Below, one piece after another: positions 61,793-64,000 of a stretch of DNA of 64,000 bases. The notes under the pieces are model-generated. The model saw nothing but the letters and a program-made list of their open reading frames with translations. It made no database searches and had not been told where the DNA came from. Where the stretch lies: NCBI GenBank assembly GCA_963745835.1, contig CAVUZH010000003.1, positions 1,152,001 to 1,216,000 of the forward strand, in the 5' to 3' direction. Source of the stretch: an uncultured delta proteobacterium. GTDB taxonomy: Bacteria > Desulfobacterota > Binatia > UBA9968. Position 1 is the first letter of the stretch, and every line of letters starts with the position of its first letter. A program made the translations under genes and the position numbers.

Positions 61793-63367
61793 TTATAGTT
61801 TCAAATCTTCCTTCATAATCCGCCAGCAGTTATACCCGGAGCCGGCGATTACCGCATCGGCCGGATGGGTGGCGATGCCGACTTGGTAGAGACCGGCGAT
61901 CGGCGTGCGGTAACCAGACAACTGTTCGTTGGGCCGGTTTGCTCCCATTTGCCCTGCGGATTTGCGCGCTACCCAAACCGAACCACGGCGCATGTTGGGC
62001 CACCGGCCAGCGAGGTAAAATGGATCCATGGCAACTTTCATTTCGATGTTGTCACCGGTCAAATTGGTCGCGTAGCGACGCCAGATATCTAGAATCGTCT
62101 CCATAAAACCGCGCTTGAGCTTGACCCAATCCTCCGGCCGTTTCCCTTTCAACTGATAAGGCACGGGCATAAACAATGATGCCGCATGCTTGCCCCTGGG
62201 CGCTTGGAGCGCATCGAAAACCGTTGGGCAAATCGCGTGAAGACAGACATGCTGTGGAAATTCACCGGCACGAATCTCTTTCCACATCTCATTAAGGTCG
62301 TCAGGTTTCTCCGGTCCAATGTTGACGTTCATTGCCCGGGCCACGGCTGGATCTTCCGCTTCATGAAATGCATAGCGGACCGGAGCCTTTAGCGCCAGGT
62401 GAATTTGGAAATAGGAAAACTCATCGGGTTCGATGTCTTCGATTGGCTTGGTGAAGTCACGGGGCAGATGCTCCTGATCAATCAACTCCCTGAAGGTCGA
62501 GTACGGATCGGTGTTGGAAACGACGGCAAGCTTTGCCTTCCATTCGCGCCCGTCACGCAGGCGAACTCCCACGGCTTTGTTTTTTTCAACGAGAATTTTA
62601 TCGACGTGATGCACGGCGCGGATTTGCCCGCCGGCATGAACGTAGGCGCGCTGCAGCACTTGGGCGATGGAATGGGATCCGCCACGGGCGAGCTCGGGTT
62701 TTTCATCGCCGGCGATCAGCTTGAGAACCTCGATCGCGCCGCCCGGATAATCCATGGCAACGCCCCGTGGAATAGCCATTTGCGACAGGACGAGAGTTTT
62801 CACTGCGTCACTCTCGAACAACTCGTCAACCAATTGATCGGGAGTCATGCGCCAAAGTCGGCTGAATTCCTGGCCATGAGGCTTGGATCCCAACTTTTTA
62901 TCGAAGTCGCTGTCCGAAATCGGCGAGTGATAATAATAAGTAATCAAACAATCGCGAATCAGCATGTGGAATTTGTCATGGGTCTGCCGCCATGCTTCGG
63001 CGTCTTTCGGCGAAAACCGCACAATCGAGCTGAGCGTGTCGTGTAACGTTTGATGGTGCGAAACCGCGCGGCCGTTGGCCAGCAGCAACGAGCTTATTAC
63101 CGGCGGCGACACGAACTCGGCGTGATAGCCATTATCCCATCTGAGTTCTCTCCACACTGGGGAGATCTCGCGGTTATCTTGGAAATAAGCCAGCGTGTTG
63201 TGCCAGTAACCCGGAATAGTGATTTCTTCACTGGCCAAGCGGCCACCGTTTTCCAGACGGCTCTCGCAAATCACCGTCCGCAGGCCAGCACGGCCGAGAT
63301 AGGTTCCGAGAGCGAAGTTGTTTTGCCCCGCTCCGATTAGAATAACGTCCCACTCACTGTCGATCAA
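61793..63367 (-). CDS. Phytoene dehydrogenase-like FAD-dependent oxidoreductase (divergent partner)
   Basis: IGAGQNN, QAPRGKH, YRTPIAGLYQ.G..THP, GSGYN. Confidence 0.9.
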   Translation of the reverse strand: MIDSEWDVILIGAGQNNFALGTYLGRAGLRTVICESRLENGGRLASEEITIPGYWHNTLAYFQDNREISPVWRELRWDNGYHAEFVSPPVISSLLLANGRAVSHHQTLHDTLSSIVRFSPKDAEAWRQTHDKFHMLIRDCLITYYYHSPISDSDFDKKLGSKPHGQEFSRLWRMTPDQLVDELFESDAVKTLVLSQMAIPRGVAMDYPGGAIEVLKLIAGDEKPELARGGSHSIAQVLQRAYVHAGGQIRAVHHVDKILVEKNKAVGVRLRDGREWKAKLAVVSNTDPYSTFRELIDQEHLPRDFTKPIEDIEPDEFSYFQIHLALKAPVRYAFHEAEDPAVARAMNVNIGPEKPDDLNEMWKEIRAGEFPQHVCLHAICPTVFDALQAPRGKHAASLFMPVPYQLKGKRPEDWVKLKRGFMETILDIWRRYATNLTGDNIEMKVAMDPFYLAGRWPNMRRGSVWVARKSAGQMGANRPNEQLSGYRTPIAGLYQVGIATHPADAVIAGSGYNCWRIMKEDLKL

Positions 63368-63379
63368 AAGCGCCTCCAG

Positions 63380-64000
63380 CTAGTTGTGCAAAAAGATCTT
63401 TCGATACTCCGCCATTTTTTCCGCGTAGGCTTGTTTATCCATGTCGATCATTTCAACCAGTTCGATTTTATCGGCATCCGGAAGGGGCGGATAGATCCCC
63501 TTGCGGGTGACGAACTCGCCGATCCCCGCCATCAGTTTCAGGCCTTCTTCGCCGATAAAGAAATCGACGAATGCTTTGCCGGCACTGGGATGGGGCGGCT
63601 TGGCGCCGATGGCTACCGCCTGTCCGTCGCCCATGAATTTGCCCAGCCGCACGTAATCCAGCGGAACTCCCTTTTTACCGTAGAACACCACGTTTTTAAG
63701 AAAGGCGATGCCTATGGGTCTTTCGCCGGTGGTAATCCGTTCTCCCGCCGGAGTCAAAGATTCCACCAATAAGGGCTTTGTCGCCGCCAGATCGCGGAGA
63801 AATTTGTCGGCCTTTTCTTTGCCGCCCATTACTTTGTGTAGGCTCGCCATCCATTGCGCCGTGGTCGTATGCTGGCTGGCATCGGGGATTACCAGCTTAC
63901 CCGCATACTGCGGCTTGAGCAGATCTTCCAGCGACTTTGGCGCCTCCGCCGGTTTGATGATGCCGGCGTGATAGACGATGCCGATGACGCTGTTGCGATA
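63380..64000 (-). CDS. ABC transporter substrate-binding protein (AfuA-like), 5'-partial
   Basis: APKSLEDLLKPQYAGK, PPHPSAGKAFVDF; runs off the window edge. Confidence 0.88.
   Translation of the reverse strand, partial: YRNSVIGIVYHAGIIKPAEAPKSLEDLLKPQYAGKLVIPDASQHTTTAQWMASLHKVMGGKEKADKFLRDLAATKPLLVESLTPAGERITTGERPIGIAFLKNVVFYGKKGVPLDYVRLGKFMGDGQAVAIGAKPPHPSAGKAFVDFFIGEEGLKLMAGIGEFVTRKGIYPPLPDADKIELVEMIDMDKQAYAEKMAEYRKIFLHN

Overview
Bacterial chromosomal window. The gene content (many orphan ABC/TTT solute-binding proteins, LLM, UbiD, Rieske and phytoene-dehydrogenase-like genes) resembles Candidatus Binatia/deltaproteobacteria-like soil genomes; this is an inference. About 1-22.2 kb is accessory DNA made of two decayed integrative elements flanking a tRNA-Ser(CGA). 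The right element (9151-22157) is bounded by a 43-bp direct repeat of the tRNA 5' half and carries an IS1202-type and an IS3 element. 22.1-36.3 kb holds core and metabolic genes (tadA, transporters, peptidases). 36.5-39.7 kb is a two-gene patatin plus DRHyd/TPR candidate defence module. 40.4-64 kb is one co-oriented minus-strand run: an atypical selenoprotein glycine-reductase-like cluster (grdA and grdB with in-frame UGA, grdC, three divergent grdE paralogues, no grdD or trx in the window) followed by aromatic-degradation genes. Inside it lies an intact IS110 element whose CT core, circle-junction promoter and four bridge-RNA guide segments can be read by eye; it has inserted into a palindromic intergenic repeat. 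All calls come from motif recognition only. No database searches were run, and some frameshifts may be sequencing errors.
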